Positions 21,882-32,691 of a stretch of DNA of 64,000 nucleotides are shown piece after piece. The notes below the pieces were generated by a model. That model did not search any database. It worked only from the letters and a program-made list of their open reading frames with translations, and had not been told where the DNA came from. Every line of letters starts with the position of its first letter. Position 1 is the first letter of the stretch. This stretch comes from Williopsis jadinii (taxonomy: Eukaryota). The translations under genes were made by a program, and so were the position numbers. The stretch lies in the NCBI GenBank assembly GCA_024346625.1, contig AP024664.1:3782001-3846000 (forward strand), in the 5' to 3' direction.

Positions 21882-24080
21882 ATGATGAAGTATAGCAGAG
21901 GGTTGTTGATGTTGACTGTGGTGCACACGGTATTCGTACGTGGGCTCTATCCGAATGGTGAAGATAGCTTGGTGCCAGCTGATTTCCGCTCTTTAAACAC
22001 AGAGGACGGTGTCGTGTACCCTGTCGAAGCCACTGGTGATGAGCTGTTGAGGCTGGATCTTCTTGAAGGACTGTTTGATCCTCCTAATACGAACGTTGAC
22101 GTTGACATTGGCCTTGAGAATGACTCTCTCAGAAACGGTACGTTGATGAGCAGCGTATCAAAACTTGCACTTGGCACTCCACAAGGAGCATTGACGGCTG
22201 AAAGGGATGATATTCAACTGGAGGAGGTCCGTGCCCTTGAGAGACCTTCAAAGGTTCACCTTGTGGTTACGCTTACCACGACTTCTACGACATATGTTGA
22301 AGAGACGAGGCCATTGGACGCAGTTGAAGCTGAAACGACGGTCACGGTGACTTCGACAGAGATCGAGCAGTCTACACTGTTACTGTCTATGAGTCTGTCT
22401 GTAAGCTCACAGTTTGATGATGTACCAGAGGTACCTCTCCAAGAGGCTCCAATATTGCACAATTCAGAATCGCAACTGGTTCCCTTGACTGCGAATGGAA
22501 TACGGGAAATATTCAAAGAGACTCTATTGAGTCTAAAAGATGAGATTTCAAAGAAGTTTGCAAACAACGGTAACAGAGATGACCGTGATGAAGTGCCTCC
22601 AGATCCCTTGCCACAACCTACTCTCACTGATGAGCCTACTCCAGGTGAGTCAGAACAACTCGATGTGAACGATATTCACAGCTTCATCAAGGAACTCATA
22701 CGTACTGTTAACAACAATGTTCCGCAGTCCATTATAGAAGATAATGGTCTTTCAGCTCCAGCATTGGAGGAACCACCTGCTTCAACTCTTCAAGAGGACT
22801 CTGAGCTTGTGGATGAAATTGAACAGAACCAGAATCTCATAGAACTGTATGGGCTCGGTGACCGTGATCTCAAGGAGATCGAAAAGTACGAAAAGTTCCT
22901 CTCTCTTTCAAGGTTTAAAGACCTTCCTGAGGATATCATCACCGATATTATCGACTTTGTGCGTGCTAAGGATAAACACCAGTTCATTGATAACTTTAGG
23001 CATCGTCCCTTCTTGAAGGGTATTGCAATTGATGTTACAAGCACCGATGGTGGCTCTCCAAGTGATGACGATGACTCCAAAGGTGATGATGATGATGGCA
23101 TCAATGGGATCTCTGATTTTGAAGAAATACAGCAGGATTCCCCTCCAGTGAGCTCAGAACAAGAATTGAATGCTAATGGTCTTCTCAGCTCTATCTTGGA
23201 GAGCCAGATCTCCTCCAAAGAAGGGACATCTCGGAAGAAGGCATCGGGTAAGAAGAAGAAGTTGAAGAAACCCCCAAGCAGTCTCATGGGCTCACTGGAA
23301 CAACGTGCTATCCCTAATCGATTGAAAGCAGAAGATAGAGATCATACTGATGATGGTTTCACGTCGCTTGACCAAAAGTTCACAACCAAGTTCAACAGAA
23401 ATAAGAAGAAGGTACTGAAATCGAAGAAGAAAGCACCTCCAATTTATGATAATGTTGATGCAGAAGAACAGCAGGACGACTTCTATAACCCTGAAGCTGA
23501 GTTGTTTGATGGCTTTCCAAAGCAAGCTAACAAGGAAGGTCGCCATGGAATGACCTCAGGCACAAATCATAACATTCATTTCGAAAGAAATAACATCAAG
23601 GCCTTGGCTGTTGAGGAGTCTATAGACTCCCACAACGTGGACATCACTGAAGTTGAGCCACCATCTCAATTGGCCAACGGAACAGTATCCGATGCCACCA
23701 CAAGCACGAGTCCACATCCATCACAGCCCACCAGAGAAGCCTTGGAGGATCCCTCACTTGAGGAGAGCTACAGCCTTGAAGGGAATACTGGTCGTTCCGA
23801 TAATCATCACAAGTATATGGGTGTCCTTCAGAGAGAGCAATTGGAAACCAAGGCGAAAGCGAAACTGAAACAGCGAGACAGCATCATGAGGAACCCATCG
23901 TTGTTATTCGACAAGGCCAACTCAGGCTCTAACAGGGGTAAAACTCCAAACGTTGGTGGCCATTATAAGGGTGAATTCTTTGATTTCACTTCAAAGTCTA
24001 CGAACCTCAGAGCTGGAGTCCTCCACCATGTTGGGCTGATTCTTTGTAGCTTCACCCTACTTTTCTTCCTATTGGCTTGA
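21882..24080 (+). CDS. Uncharacterised acidic secreted/GPI-type surface protein (~732 aa)
   Basis: N-terminal signal-like segment, T/S-rich and D/E-rich blocks, C-terminal hydrophobic tail (VGLILCSFTLLFFLLA). Confidence 0.75.
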   Translation: MMKYSRGLLMLTVVHTVFVRGLYPNGEDSLVPADFRSLNTEDGVVYPVEATGDELLRLDLLEGLFDPPNTNVDVDIGLENDSLRNGTLMSSVSKLALGTPQGALTAERDDIQLEEVRALERPSKVHLVVTLTTTSTTYVEETRPLDAVEAETTVTVTSTEIEQSTLLLSMSLSVSSQFDDVPEVPLQEAPILHNSESQLVPLTANGIREIFKETLLSLKDEISKKFANNGNRDDRDEVPPDPLPQPTLTDEPTPGESEQLDVNDIHSFIKELIRTVNNNVPQSIIEDNGLSAPALEEPPASTLQEDSELVDEIEQNQNLIELYGLGDRDLKEIEKYEKFLSLSRFKDLPEDIITDIIDFVRAKDKHQFIDNFRHRPFLKGIAIDVTSTDGGSPSDDDDSKGDDDDGINGISDFEEIQQDSPPVSSEQELNANGLLSSILESQISSKEGTSRKKASGKKKKLKKPPSSLMGSLEQRAIPNRLKAEDRDHTDDGFTSLDQKFTTKFNRNKKKVLKSKKKAPPIYDNVDAEEQQDDFYNPEAELFDGFPKQANKEGRHGMTSGTNHNIHFERNNIKALAVEESIDSHNVDITEVEPPSQLANGTVSDATTSTSPHPSQPTREALEDPSLEESYSLEGNTGRSDNHHKYMGVLQREQLETKAKAKLKQRDSIMRNPSLLFDKANSGSNRGKTPNVGGHYKGEFFDFTSKSTNLRAGVLHHVGLILCSFTLLFFLLA

Positions 24081-24138
24081 CAATATCATCTCATCCATAC
24101 TACGAGCATTCTGTCTCATGTTGTAGAAGGCTGTCCAT

Positions 24139-24205
24139 ACGCGTGATTCCCTCTGACGTGGTGAAGACGCGTAGAGAGCGTACGCGTCGCAATCAGAACG
24201 CGAAA
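24139..24205. promoter_or_regulatory. MCB/SCB cell-cycle boxes upstream of RFC5
   Basis: ACGCGT at 24139, 24167 and 24182; CGCGAAA at 24199. Confidence 0.75.
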
Positions 24206-24299
24206 ACCACTGTAAATTTTTTCTCTTGATGATAGTCTCTTTAGCGTCTCTTTTAGCCGTTGAAGGAGGTAACCACTGGCTAATCAAGACAATACTAAC

Positions 24300-25349
24300 A
24301 TGTCACTGTGGGTTGATAAGTACAGACCGTCAACGCTGTCCCAATTGGACTATCACCAGGACGTTTCGAAGCGTCTCGAGGCGTTGGCCTCGTCTGGAGA
24401 CTTCCCCCATCTGCTGGTGTACGGACCGTCCGGTGCTGGTAAGAAGACCCGTGTCTTGGTGCTTCTACGTGAACTGTTTGGTGCCGGTGTTGAAAAGATG
24501 AAGATCGACGTCCGCACGTTCCAATTGAACTCGAGAAAGCTCGAGTTCAACGTTGTTTCTTCGCCATATCACCTGGAGATTACTCCCAGTGACCTGGGCA
24601 ACAACGACCGTGTTGTCATTCAGGACCTGTTGAAAGAAGTTGCACAGACAGAGCAGGTGGACTTCTCTGGAAAGCACAGGTTCAAAGTTGTGGTGATCAA
24701 CGAAGCTGAGTCGCTAAGCAGAGATGCACAGGCTGCCCTGCGTCGTACCATGGAGAAGTACTCGAAGAACATCAGGCTGATTTTGATCTCCAACACAACT
24801 TCCAACATCATCGCCCCCATCAGATCGAGAACATTGCTCATAAGGATTGCCTCCCCGTGTGTTGATGACATCGTGAGTGTCCTGGACACGCTGTGTACCA
24901 AACAGCAGGTTAGCATCGCAGACGATAGAACTGAAGTGCTGCAACGTGTAGCGTTGCAGTCGAAGAGAAACCTCCGCAGGGCACTACTTCTCGTCGAGGC
25001 ACTGGCGATGCAAAACGAGACACTCACCAAGAGCACACCTATGATCGAGCTTGACTGGGAAAGCGTGATAAAGAGACTTGCACAGGACATCTACAAGGAC
25101 CGTACGGTCTCGAGAATCTCTCAGTGTAGAACCGTGTGCTACGAGCTAATCTCCCATTGTATACCACCAAGGATCATCTTGAAGACATTGGCATTTGAAC
25201 TGCTGCACTTGGTGCAGCATACCAAGCAGCAACAAGCCATCATTGAGACAGCTGCTGTTTTCGACGAGAGATTAAGCCTGGGAACCAAATCAATCTATCA
25301 CCTTGAAGGGTTCATCGCAAAGTCAATGGTTGTCATTGAAACCCTTTGA
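24300..25349 (+). CDS. RFC5: Replication factor C subunit 5
   Basis: MSLWVDKYRP, HLLVYGPSGAGKKT, LSRDAQAALRRTMEKYS, HLEGFIAK. Confidence 0.96.
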   Translation: MSLWVDKYRPSTLSQLDYHQDVSKRLEALASSGDFPHLLVYGPSGAGKKTRVLVLLRELFGAGVEKMKIDVRTFQLNSRKLEFNVVSSPYHLEITPSDLGNNDRVVIQDLLKEVAQTEQVDFSGKHRFKVVVINEAESLSRDAQAALRRTMEKYSKNIRLILISNTTSNIIAPIRSRTLLIRIASPCVDDIVSVLDTLCTKQQVSIADDRTEVLQRVALQSKRNLRRALLLVEALAMQNETLTKSTPMIELDWESVIKRLAQDIYKDRTVSRISQCRTVCYELISHCIPPRIILKTLAFELLHLVQHTKQQQAIIETAAVFDERLSLGTKSIYHLEGFIAKSMVVIETL

Positions 25350-25465
25350 GGAACACAGGCCAAGGTCGCACTGACTACTTCCGTGGATGAGGTGTAACGT
25401 TATATACATGAAAAGGTGTATTATATACTACTAATGGTGTGCGATGGCCTTGTTTGTACAGTGTT

Positions 25466-26131
25466 CTAACGACCTCTGTAGATCTTGTAGATGTCCTCTT
25501 TGGCCTTCTGCTTGTTCGCCCAGGCCTTTGTCGGGTTTCTCTTGGCCTCTTCAAAGTGATTCACCTGCTTCTCCTCCTCTTGGAAGGCTCTCAAGCTGAT
25601 TCTCACGGGCGAGTCCCTTGTGATGAACTCGTACTGGCCTGGCAGCTTATCAGCAGCACGTCTCATGGCCTCTCTGGCAACCTGTTCGTGGAGGTTTTCA
25701 CCGCCACACTCAAACAGAACCTTGCCGGTAGGCACTCTGGCCATCCAGTGGTCAAAGGCACCTTTACCTTTACCCATTCTGGTCTCGTTACCCTTGATGG
25801 CGACACCAATGCTCGTCGACAGACGTCTCCACAGCTTCCCTCCGTTCGCTCTCATCAGCTTCATGATGATGTTATCAGCCTCCTTCAGGTGGATCGCCTT
25901 GAGACGTGTGCCCTCACTCTTCAGACGCAGCCCATACGTGCCAAACTTGAGCGTGTTGCCCTTCGTAGAGCCACCAGTACGCACTGGCACCCTTCCCTTC
26001 TGAGCCTTTCTAATCTGCTTGAATCTTGGGGCGTACTCATGGGAGAAACGCTTACCGACAGAGAGAGGCTGCACAGGGAGCTGAGGTCTGAGCAGTGAGC
26101 TCTTCACCAAGTTCAATCCACACGAGAACAT
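25466..26131 (-). CDS. MRPL16: Mitochondrial ribosomal protein uL16m
   Basis: [38 protein letters not shown] at 26131; Puf3 site CATGTATATA on the minus strand at 25401-25410. Confidence 0.95.
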   Translation of the reverse strand: MFSCGLNLVKSSLLRPQLPVQPLSVGKRFSHEYAPRFKQIRKAQKGRVPVRTGGSTKGNTLKFGTYGLRLKSEGTRLKAIHLKEADNIIMKLMRANGGKLWRRLSTSIGVAIKGNETRMGKGKGAFDHWMARVPTGKVLFECGGENLHEQVAREAMRRAADKLPGQYEFITRDSPVRISLRAFQEEEKQVNHFEEAKRNPTKAWANKQKAKEDIYKIYRGR

Positions 26132-26515
26132 CTTGACTGGTTGGTCTGGGTGTGATTTGCTTCGTCCTTTCACCGTGTTTTGTTGACAAAATGAGCTCTT
26201 CGTCCACTCAAATTTTGCAACCGGTGAAGCTTTTTGCGAGATCCGGTGTGCCTGGAGGGGGGGGTTGCCCAATTCCGACCGTGGCTGGGATATTCCGATA
26301 TGTTAGCAATTCCGATATCCATATTCCGTTTTCAATATTTCCGGTACACCCATTCCGATCTCGCAGTATTCCGATAACGCGGTTCCGAGCCCCCACAATT
26401 CCGAGCTCCCCACCCACCATGGCCACATCTCTCCAACTCTCGAGAACCTTTTCACCATCTCTTCACCCATTGAAACGTTCTGATTCTGAGCAGCAAACCC
26501 CCATCAATCGACACG

Positions 26516-27951
26516 ATGAGCGTTGTTAGAGCAAGAGCATCACAGCTCGTGAGACTATGTGCTCGTCTGTCTCACACAAGTGAGTGCTTTCCCCTGGCCC
26601 GTCCTTCTGCTGGCATACAGTAATACTAACAATACTCCACCGCTGGAACCAAACAGAAGCACAAGCTCCAGAGACCGTGACTGTGTGCGGGCAGACGTAC
26701 AAGACCGACGAATGGACGAACATCACCCCCTCGATCATTGCGCTGAGTGATCGCTCGTTACACTTGAAACCAAACCATCCAATTGGAATCCTCAGAAGCC
26801 TCATTGAGAACCGTTTCCAGGGCCTGGGCTATACCTACTACAACAACTTCAAACCTGTTGTGTCCACGTATGAGAACTTTGACTCTCTGGGCTTCCCCAA
26901 GGATCACCCTGGCCGGTCGAAAACAGACACTTATTACATCAACGAGTCGACTCTTCTCCGGACACACACCTCTGCTCATGAGCGTGAATGCTTCACACAG
27001 TGTGAAACACCGGGCTATTTCATCTCTGCTGACGTCTATAGAAGGGACGAGATCGACAGAACACACTACCCTGCCTTCCACCAGATGGAGGGTGGTAGAA
27101 TCTGGCGACGCGATGACTTTGCCAGCGAGCAAGAGCTCCTGGACAAGCTCCAGCACGATATTGATGCCATTCCTGATATCGACATCATCGTCGAAGACAC
27201 TCCTAACCAGTTCAACGAGGGTAATCCTAAACAGGACTACATGACTGACCGTGAGACTGAGCTCGTGGCGCAACACCTGAAGAGAACAATCCAGCTTTTG
27301 GTGAACGAGGTGTTCAACGAGGCCAAGAAGTCTGCAAAGCTCAGTGGCAGCGATGAGCCCTATCTCAACGAGCCTTTGAAGGTGAGATGGGTTGAGGCCT
27401 ACTTCCCATGGACTGCTCCAAGTTGGGAAATCGAGGTGTGGTGGAAAGGCGAGTGGCTCGAATGCTGTGGATGTGGTGTTGTTAGACAGCAAGTGTTGAC
27501 GAACTCTGGAATTGAAAACACCATTGGATGGGCTTTTGGCATTGGATTGGACAGAATCGCAATGCTTCTCTTTGGCATTCCAGATATCAGACTGTTCTGG
27601 ACTTTGGATGAGCGTTTCCACAACCAATTCGAGCAGGGAAAGATCACAACCTTCAAGCCATACTCCAAATACCCAGGAACCGTGAGAGACGTGGCATTCT
27701 GGGTGCCATCTGTGGATGAGAAGGTCCACATCAACGACATCATGGAGATTGTGAGAAACATCGGTGGTGACCTTGTTGAAAGCGTGAGTCTGATTGACGA
27801 ATTCACTCATCCAAAGACCGGTAGAAACTCGCAGTGCTACAGAATCAACTACCAGTCCATGGATAGAAACGTCACCAATGAAGAGGTCAACGTGCTACAA
27901 GACGCTGTCCGTGACACCATCAAGGATAAGTTCAATGTGGAATTGCGTTGA
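26516..27951 (+). CDS. MSF1: Mitochondrial phenylalanyl-tRNA synthetase; spliced join(26516..26579,26657..27951)
   Basis: 77-nt intron GTGAGT..TACTAAC..CAG (26580-26656) adds the presequence MSVVRARASQLVRLCARLSHTK; LLRTHTSAH, DVYRRDEIDRTHYPAFHQME, GWAFGIGLDR; Puf3 site CATGTAAATA at 28010. Confidence 0.94.
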
Positions 27952-28027
27952 TCGTCACTCATATCCTTTATTACAGCAAGTATATAGACAGAAGGCAGTG
28001 GAGAGAAATCATGTAAATACATACACA

Positions 28028-30007
28028 CTATTTGCCAACTATACCTCTGAAGAAATCTTCAAATGTTTCAAACTTGTCCACGTCTAAGAGCTCATCCAGC
28101 TCACCTGATTTCATAGCAGTTAAGCCACTGTGGTCCAGGGAGGAGTTGCGTGACGAAAGACGGATATCACTCGTGTACTCATGGCTGATTTCATCGTGAA
28201 GTGGCTTGTAGTCCATTTCAAACTCCTTGAGATTGTCAGGCAGAGCCAAGGGGTCTGCTGAATTGGAGGCACTCGGCTCATTAGCCGTGTTGACGATACG
28301 AACATCAACCAGTGTCTTGATGATTTGGCCCACGGTATCAGTAGCATCGTTTTTGGTCTCTCCAACGTGGTTCAAATGCCAGTAGACACGAGACACGAGG
28401 TTCAGAGACCTCATGTTGAACTGAGTCTCGAATTTGCCCTGGAAGTCGTATAGAGTCAGGCATGAATACACAACCTCGTTGAGAAGCGAGCAAGGTGATC
28501 CCTTAACCATAGACTTGGGCAGTTGTAGAAATCTGTTGAGTATTGCCCTTGAGTAATGGACAGCTGTGTTGTATGCCACGTTGATGTAAGTGATGACTTT
28601 ATAGTCCCTTACGCCCTTGAAGGATGCAATGAACCTTCTGGATAGAATGATGTGATAGAAATCATAATTGAAGAGTAGAGTCCCTGAGAGATCGTTATCG
28701 ATTAATTCCTTCCACCGATTTCTCCAATCGTGAAGTTCCTTGAAGCTGAAGCATTTCACTCCTTCAATGTTGGCAATCTGTTCATCTCTGATCAGATTGC
28801 TTATCAGATCTTTGGAATAAAACATCTTATGGACTTCTCTTGCCAATCTGACCAGTGCAGCGTTGACGTTATCCTCCAAGTTACTCCATGGATAATCTAT
28901 GACTCTATCACAGATGTCCATGTAGTCCTTTGAGATGAGGCTCGGCCTTCCATTCCCTATGGAACATTGTAAATGGCATATACAGAGTAAAGTCCATATT
29001 CTCAGATGAAATAGATCGTTGTCCCTGTACTTTCTTGATTTGCATCGATCTTCAATCTTTTGGAAGCTGGTACAGTACATCATCTGCTTGATTCCATCAC
29101 TGGAGACCATCCAGTTGTCCAGCAGGGGCTGTGACGGTTTCCTGGCGATGTTATACAGAGAGCAGTACAGAATTGCCTCAACGTCGTGGTCCGTCAAAGG
29201 AGAAGTGATCAACGCCATCGCTAGCAGCCTTCTCACTATCCAGAACAGCTCACGCTGCTCCTCCACGTACGAGTAGTTCTCATCGAACCCCATGGCTAAA
29301 AGGACAAAGACTGCTGAGATGAAAGGATGCCTCAGAACATAATCATCGGTAATCTCTCTGATGCCACCTGGAACTATCCAGAAGTGGGCTATTGTCAGGA
29401 AATTGGATCCAAGCTTGAGGCACAGATCTTTGTTCTTAGCATAGAATGACTTCAGGAACTCAGACTCACACACCTTGGTGAACGAGTGATACTGATCAAC
29501 ACGGCCAAACAGCTTGGAATCGATCCTTGAGATGACATTGGACGGAGCATTCGTCGTGGAGTTGTCCAGATGGTTCCATTTCCTCTTGCCCAGCGTGCTG
29601 ATATACTGGTAGTCCACGTTTGACGGCTGTCCACCTGCTGATGAGGACGACTGAGTGAGTCCATTCGTCCTCAGTGTGTCCAGCTTCTCCAGAACGTCAC
29701 CAAGCTGTCTCTCTATCTTATCCAACCGTTCATCATCGTTATCATATACGCTCTCTCTTGCAGACTCACTAGCATCCTCCTTAGCCCCCGTGGGCTGAGC
29801 ATTGCTGTGCTGAGCCAATGAGCAGTCGATCTTCAGCATGTTACACCGATGGCACTTGCCAGTAGCCGGCTCAAAGTCGCATCTCGTCTTCAGCTTCCGA
29901 CATGAATCACAGCTCGATCTCTTCCTCCGGCGTTTCAACGGAAGCCTTTCCACGTACTCGGCGTCGCCGCCTTCAGGCTCAATTGGCCTCACCACGCTAT
30001 CAGACAT
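28028..30007 (-). CDS. URC2: Zn2Cys6 transcription factor Urc2
   Basis: SCDSCRKLKTRCDFEPATGKCHRCNMLKIDCSL resembles the Urc2 zinc cluster; adjacent to SPS2 as in S. cerevisiae. Confidence 0.82.
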   Translation of the reverse strand: MSDSVVRPIEPEGGDAEYVERLPLKRRRKRSSCDSCRKLKTRCDFEPATGKCHRCNMLKIDCSLAQHSNAQPTGAKEDASESARESVYDNDDERLDKIERQLGDVLEKLDTLRTNGLTQSSSSAGGQPSNVDYQYISTLGKRKWNHLDNSTTNAPSNVISRIDSKLFGRVDQYHSFTKVCESEFLKSFYAKNKDLCLKLGSNFLTIAHFWIVPGGIREITDDYVLRHPFISAVFVLLAMGFDENYSYVEEQRELFWIVRRLLAMALITSPLTDHDVEAILYCSLYNIARKPSQPLLDNWMVSSDGIKQMMYCTSFQKIEDRCKSRKYRDNDLFHLRIWTLLCICHLQCSIGNGRPSLISKDYMDICDRVIDYPWSNLEDNVNAALVRLAREVHKMFYSKDLISNLIRDEQIANIEGVKCFSFKELHDWRNRWKELIDNDLSGTLLFNYDFYHIILSRRFIASFKGVRDYKVITYINVAYNTAVHYSRAILNRFLQLPKSMVKGSPCSLLNEVVYSCLTLYDFQGKFETQFNMRSLNLVSRVYWHLNHVGETKNDATDTVGQIIKTLVDVRIVNTANEPSASNSADPLALPDNLKEFEMDYKPLHDEISHEYTSDIRLSSRNSSLDHSGLTAMKSGELDELLDVDKFETFEDFFRGIVGK

Positions 30008-30403
30008 ACAATCAGGTCAGGGAGACGCTGCTATGGTTGCAAGCTTATCGAAAACTTATCGAAAACTTATCGCAAACGGTGAAAAGAGCAATGGCACGAG
30101 AGATAGCGCAAGTGCTCGGCAAGCGCTGGACGGAAACGCCGGCGGGGGACATGGCGTTGGAGATAAACATCCAGACACCAGCCCATAAGCGTCAAGGTGT
30201 GCGTGTTTGTTTACATTTGGTGATTCTTTACATCCGTCTGTTTACTTTAAGAGACGTTTATTACTTCTGGATAGTTTCAATGGAGTGCTGAACGATGGAC
30301 TCGTGGAGGCTGGGCTTCTCTGGGTGTGATTACACGATGAGAGAGGGATGTTGTGCCGGTGGTTAGTTGGAAACTGGCACGTCCAAGGCATTGGCTCATG
30401 GCA

Positions 30404-31771
30404 TCAAAAGCTGACGAGAACGATGGCCATCACCAATGCAAATGAGATGAATGACACATCGCCTCCCCTGGTGGCCCTGAGGGCTCCATTCTCTCCGACT
30501 CTGCCATCCTGTGTTTCAGAATCGTCAATGTACGAGATCTCTTCATCCACAATGGCTCCATCAGTGTCGTACTTTACAACCTGCTGTTTTCCAGCACTGG
30601 TGCATATAATCTTGCCACCTCTGATGATAGAGGCCTGGGTGCCGTTTTGATCGCCACCTCTAATCCAGCGGGAGCAGTCGAAGTCTTCGTATGAGCTTTT
30701 GATAATGGCTGAGCCACGAACCAAATTCAACCGGCCAAACGATGTCTCTTTGAAATCACCAACGAATTCGATAGCTCCGCCAACGCTCTGTAACTTTGGA
30801 AGGAAGCTGATCTTATTGACGTTTGTATTGTTGATGACCATCAACCCACCGCCAACATCTTCAACCGCTGGGAAGTCTGGATCTCTCAAGTTGTGGTTCT
30901 CAATGAGTGATAACGTGCCACCAATATGTTTCAACTTTGGAAGTTTCACTGTTTGGAAGTCGTTATTGATCAACTCCATCGAGGCATTAACGTGCTCAAT
31001 ATTTTGCACGTTTAAGGATGCAACATCTCTCACTGTGATGTTATTGGCGTACTCCAAATTAGGAAATGACACAGCAGCGTTTCTAGCATTCGCACTGACG
31101 CTTAATTTGCGCGTTACACCTTTCAAGTTACAGCTGATGGTATCCATAAACCGATTGTTGTTGATGTTCAAAGTATCCAAGCTCTCGACAGCAAAGCCCG
31201 AGAATCCAATGAGGGAGGTATCGGATATGGTGATGCTGTTAATGTCGAACAACCCAGAGTCAAAATTAACGGTGCTCAATATCGGAAGCACTTTCCAATC
31301 GATAACACCAACCTTGTTTAAAGTGGGAGCATTTATGGAAGTCAACGATGTCAATTCTTTCAAGCCAAAGGTCCCATCTATCACTGCGACATTTGGCAAG
31401 TCCATTCGAACCAATCCCGGTATCCTGTGAACTTCAAGGCTGCCACCTATGTTCTGAAGCTCTCCAGTATCAAGAACAGGATCTGAGTACTCACCATCAA
31501 CAATAATGGATCCAGTGATATGGCTACACTGCTCCGATATAAAGTTCATATCGCCTTGAGATTGGACGTGGTATACCGCGTTCCCACACACCGCAGGGAA
31601 TTGAGCCTTTGGTTTCTCCTCACTGGTAACCTCACTCTCTTCATTGACACCATCACGAGCCTCGTCATGAGCCCCACTACTCGACAACAGGCCATTCCCT
31701 GTCCGTTCCAGAGCTGCACAGAATCTTCCTGATAAGAGTGCTGAGATTAAGAGAAAAGCGGGAAATTTCAT
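30404..31771 (-). CDS. SPS2: SPS2/ECM33 family GPI cell-wall protein (receptor L-domain repeats), SPS2-like
   Basis: ITISDTSLIGFSGF..LNINNNRF, signal peptide from ATG 31771, GPI tail; Ndt80 MSE upstream; neighbour of URC2. Confidence 0.82.
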   Translation of the reverse strand: MKFPAFLLISALLSGRFCAALERTGNGLLSSSGAHDEARDGVNEESEVTSEEKPKAQFPAVCGNAVYHVQSQGDMNFISEQCSHITGSIIVDGEYSDPVLDTGELQNIGGSLEVHRIPGLVRMDLPNVAVIDGTFGLKELTSLTSINAPTLNKVGVIDWKVLPILSTVNFDSGLFDINSITISDTSLIGFSGFAVESLDTLNINNNRFMDTISCNLKGVTRKLSVSANARNAAVSFPNLEYANNITVRDVASLNVQNIEHVNASMELINNDFQTVKLPKLKHIGGTLSLIENHNLRDPDFPAVEDVGGGLMVINNTNVNKISFLPKLQSVGGAIEFVGDFKETSFGRLNLVRGSAIIKSSYEDFDCSRWIRGGDQNGTQASIIRGGKIICTSAGKQQVVKYDTDGAIVDEEISYIDDSETQDGRVGENGALRATRGGDVSFISFALVMAIVLVSF

Positions 31772-31962
31772 TATTCCTAAGCATGGATCCTCTGTTAGTA
31801 CCCCGTCGATTCGCTCCAGAACCACAACACCACCACTCACAAGTTATTTTGAACTGGTGTTTAATGATAGCTGCAAGTGTAATTGTGAGAAGAATTCATG
31901 GGAATGAGAACAAGTTTCAATCCGTGAATGGGAACCACATTTTTTGTACTTCCTCCCTCTCT

Positions 31963-31971
31963 GACACAAAA
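31963..31971. promoter_or_regulatory. Middle sporulation element (Ndt80 site)
   Basis: GACACAAAA matches gNCRCAAAW about 190 bp upstream of the SPS2-like ATG. Confidence 0.55.
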
Positions 31972-32178
31972 CACATACATCATCTCTCTTTGTGTACCTA
32001 AGAGCACCCACTCGAGCAGCAACCACCACCATATAAAGCACAAGTATCCCCCTTCCTCCTCCTCCTCCTCATACACAAAGATCAACAAAGCATTGGTGAT
32101 GTCCGCTATTTCCGCTATTTGCGCCCATCACCGCCGAGTCCATGCTTGACCGAGCTCTTTGTGTGCACTTCATCTTCC

Positions 32179-32653
32179 TGTGAGGTATCAGAATCGGATT
32201 ATGGATCGGATTATGTCAGCAAGCATAGCTGGACCAGAAGAAGAGCCAGTAAGAGCCGAGGAGTTACAACATACGCTGAATCAGAAGAGAAAGAGCCAGT
32301 AAGAGCCGAGGAGTTACAACATACGCTGAATCAGAAGAGAAAGAGCCAGTAAGAGCCGAGGAATTACAGCAGTCGACTAGATTCAAAGAGAGACTGAAAA
32401 AACGTTAGAAATAATATATAAAGAAAGAATCCTGCGAAGAAGGTTCTTTCAAGAGGAGGTTTAGAAAAGGATTAAGCAATTAATACAAGCCCAAGTTTAC
32501 CTTAAGGAAACCGTAAGCTCAGTATAAACCTCAGACCCAGGACTTAGGTATAGGAGTCAGGAAAGAATAAGCCAAGGTATAATAAGAAGCGTTCAGAACT
32601 GAGAGTTCTGAAGATTATTATAATTGGTATTGTGCAGAGGAAGAAATCTCACA
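32179..32653 (+). repeat. 5' LTR
   Basis: Identical by eye to 37489-37963; internal 50-bp tandem repeat from 32241; TATA-like TATATAAAG near 32415. Confidence 0.97.
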
Positions 32654-32655
32654 GT

Positions 32656-32663
32656 TGGTAGCG
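32656..32663 (+). other. Primer-binding site for initiator tRNA-Met
   Basis: TGGTAGCG, 2 nt after the LTR, complementary to the 3' end of tRNAiMet; same 8-nt length and 2-nt offset as Ty3. Confidence 0.88.
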
Positions 32664-32691
32664 TCTCGCAAGGTTGAGGATTACTGGAGCT

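Noticed and set aside
26271..26405. CRISPR-like repeat-spacer reading of the TTCCG array
   Set aside because: Eukaryotic context, repeats only 5-7 nt with about 10-nt spacers, and no cas genes.
32256..32362. CCGAGGA in the LTR repeat as the second half of a Ty3-like bipartite PBS
   Set aside because: Only a 7-nt complementarity to tRNAiMet, which is expected by chance in a 475-bp LTR.
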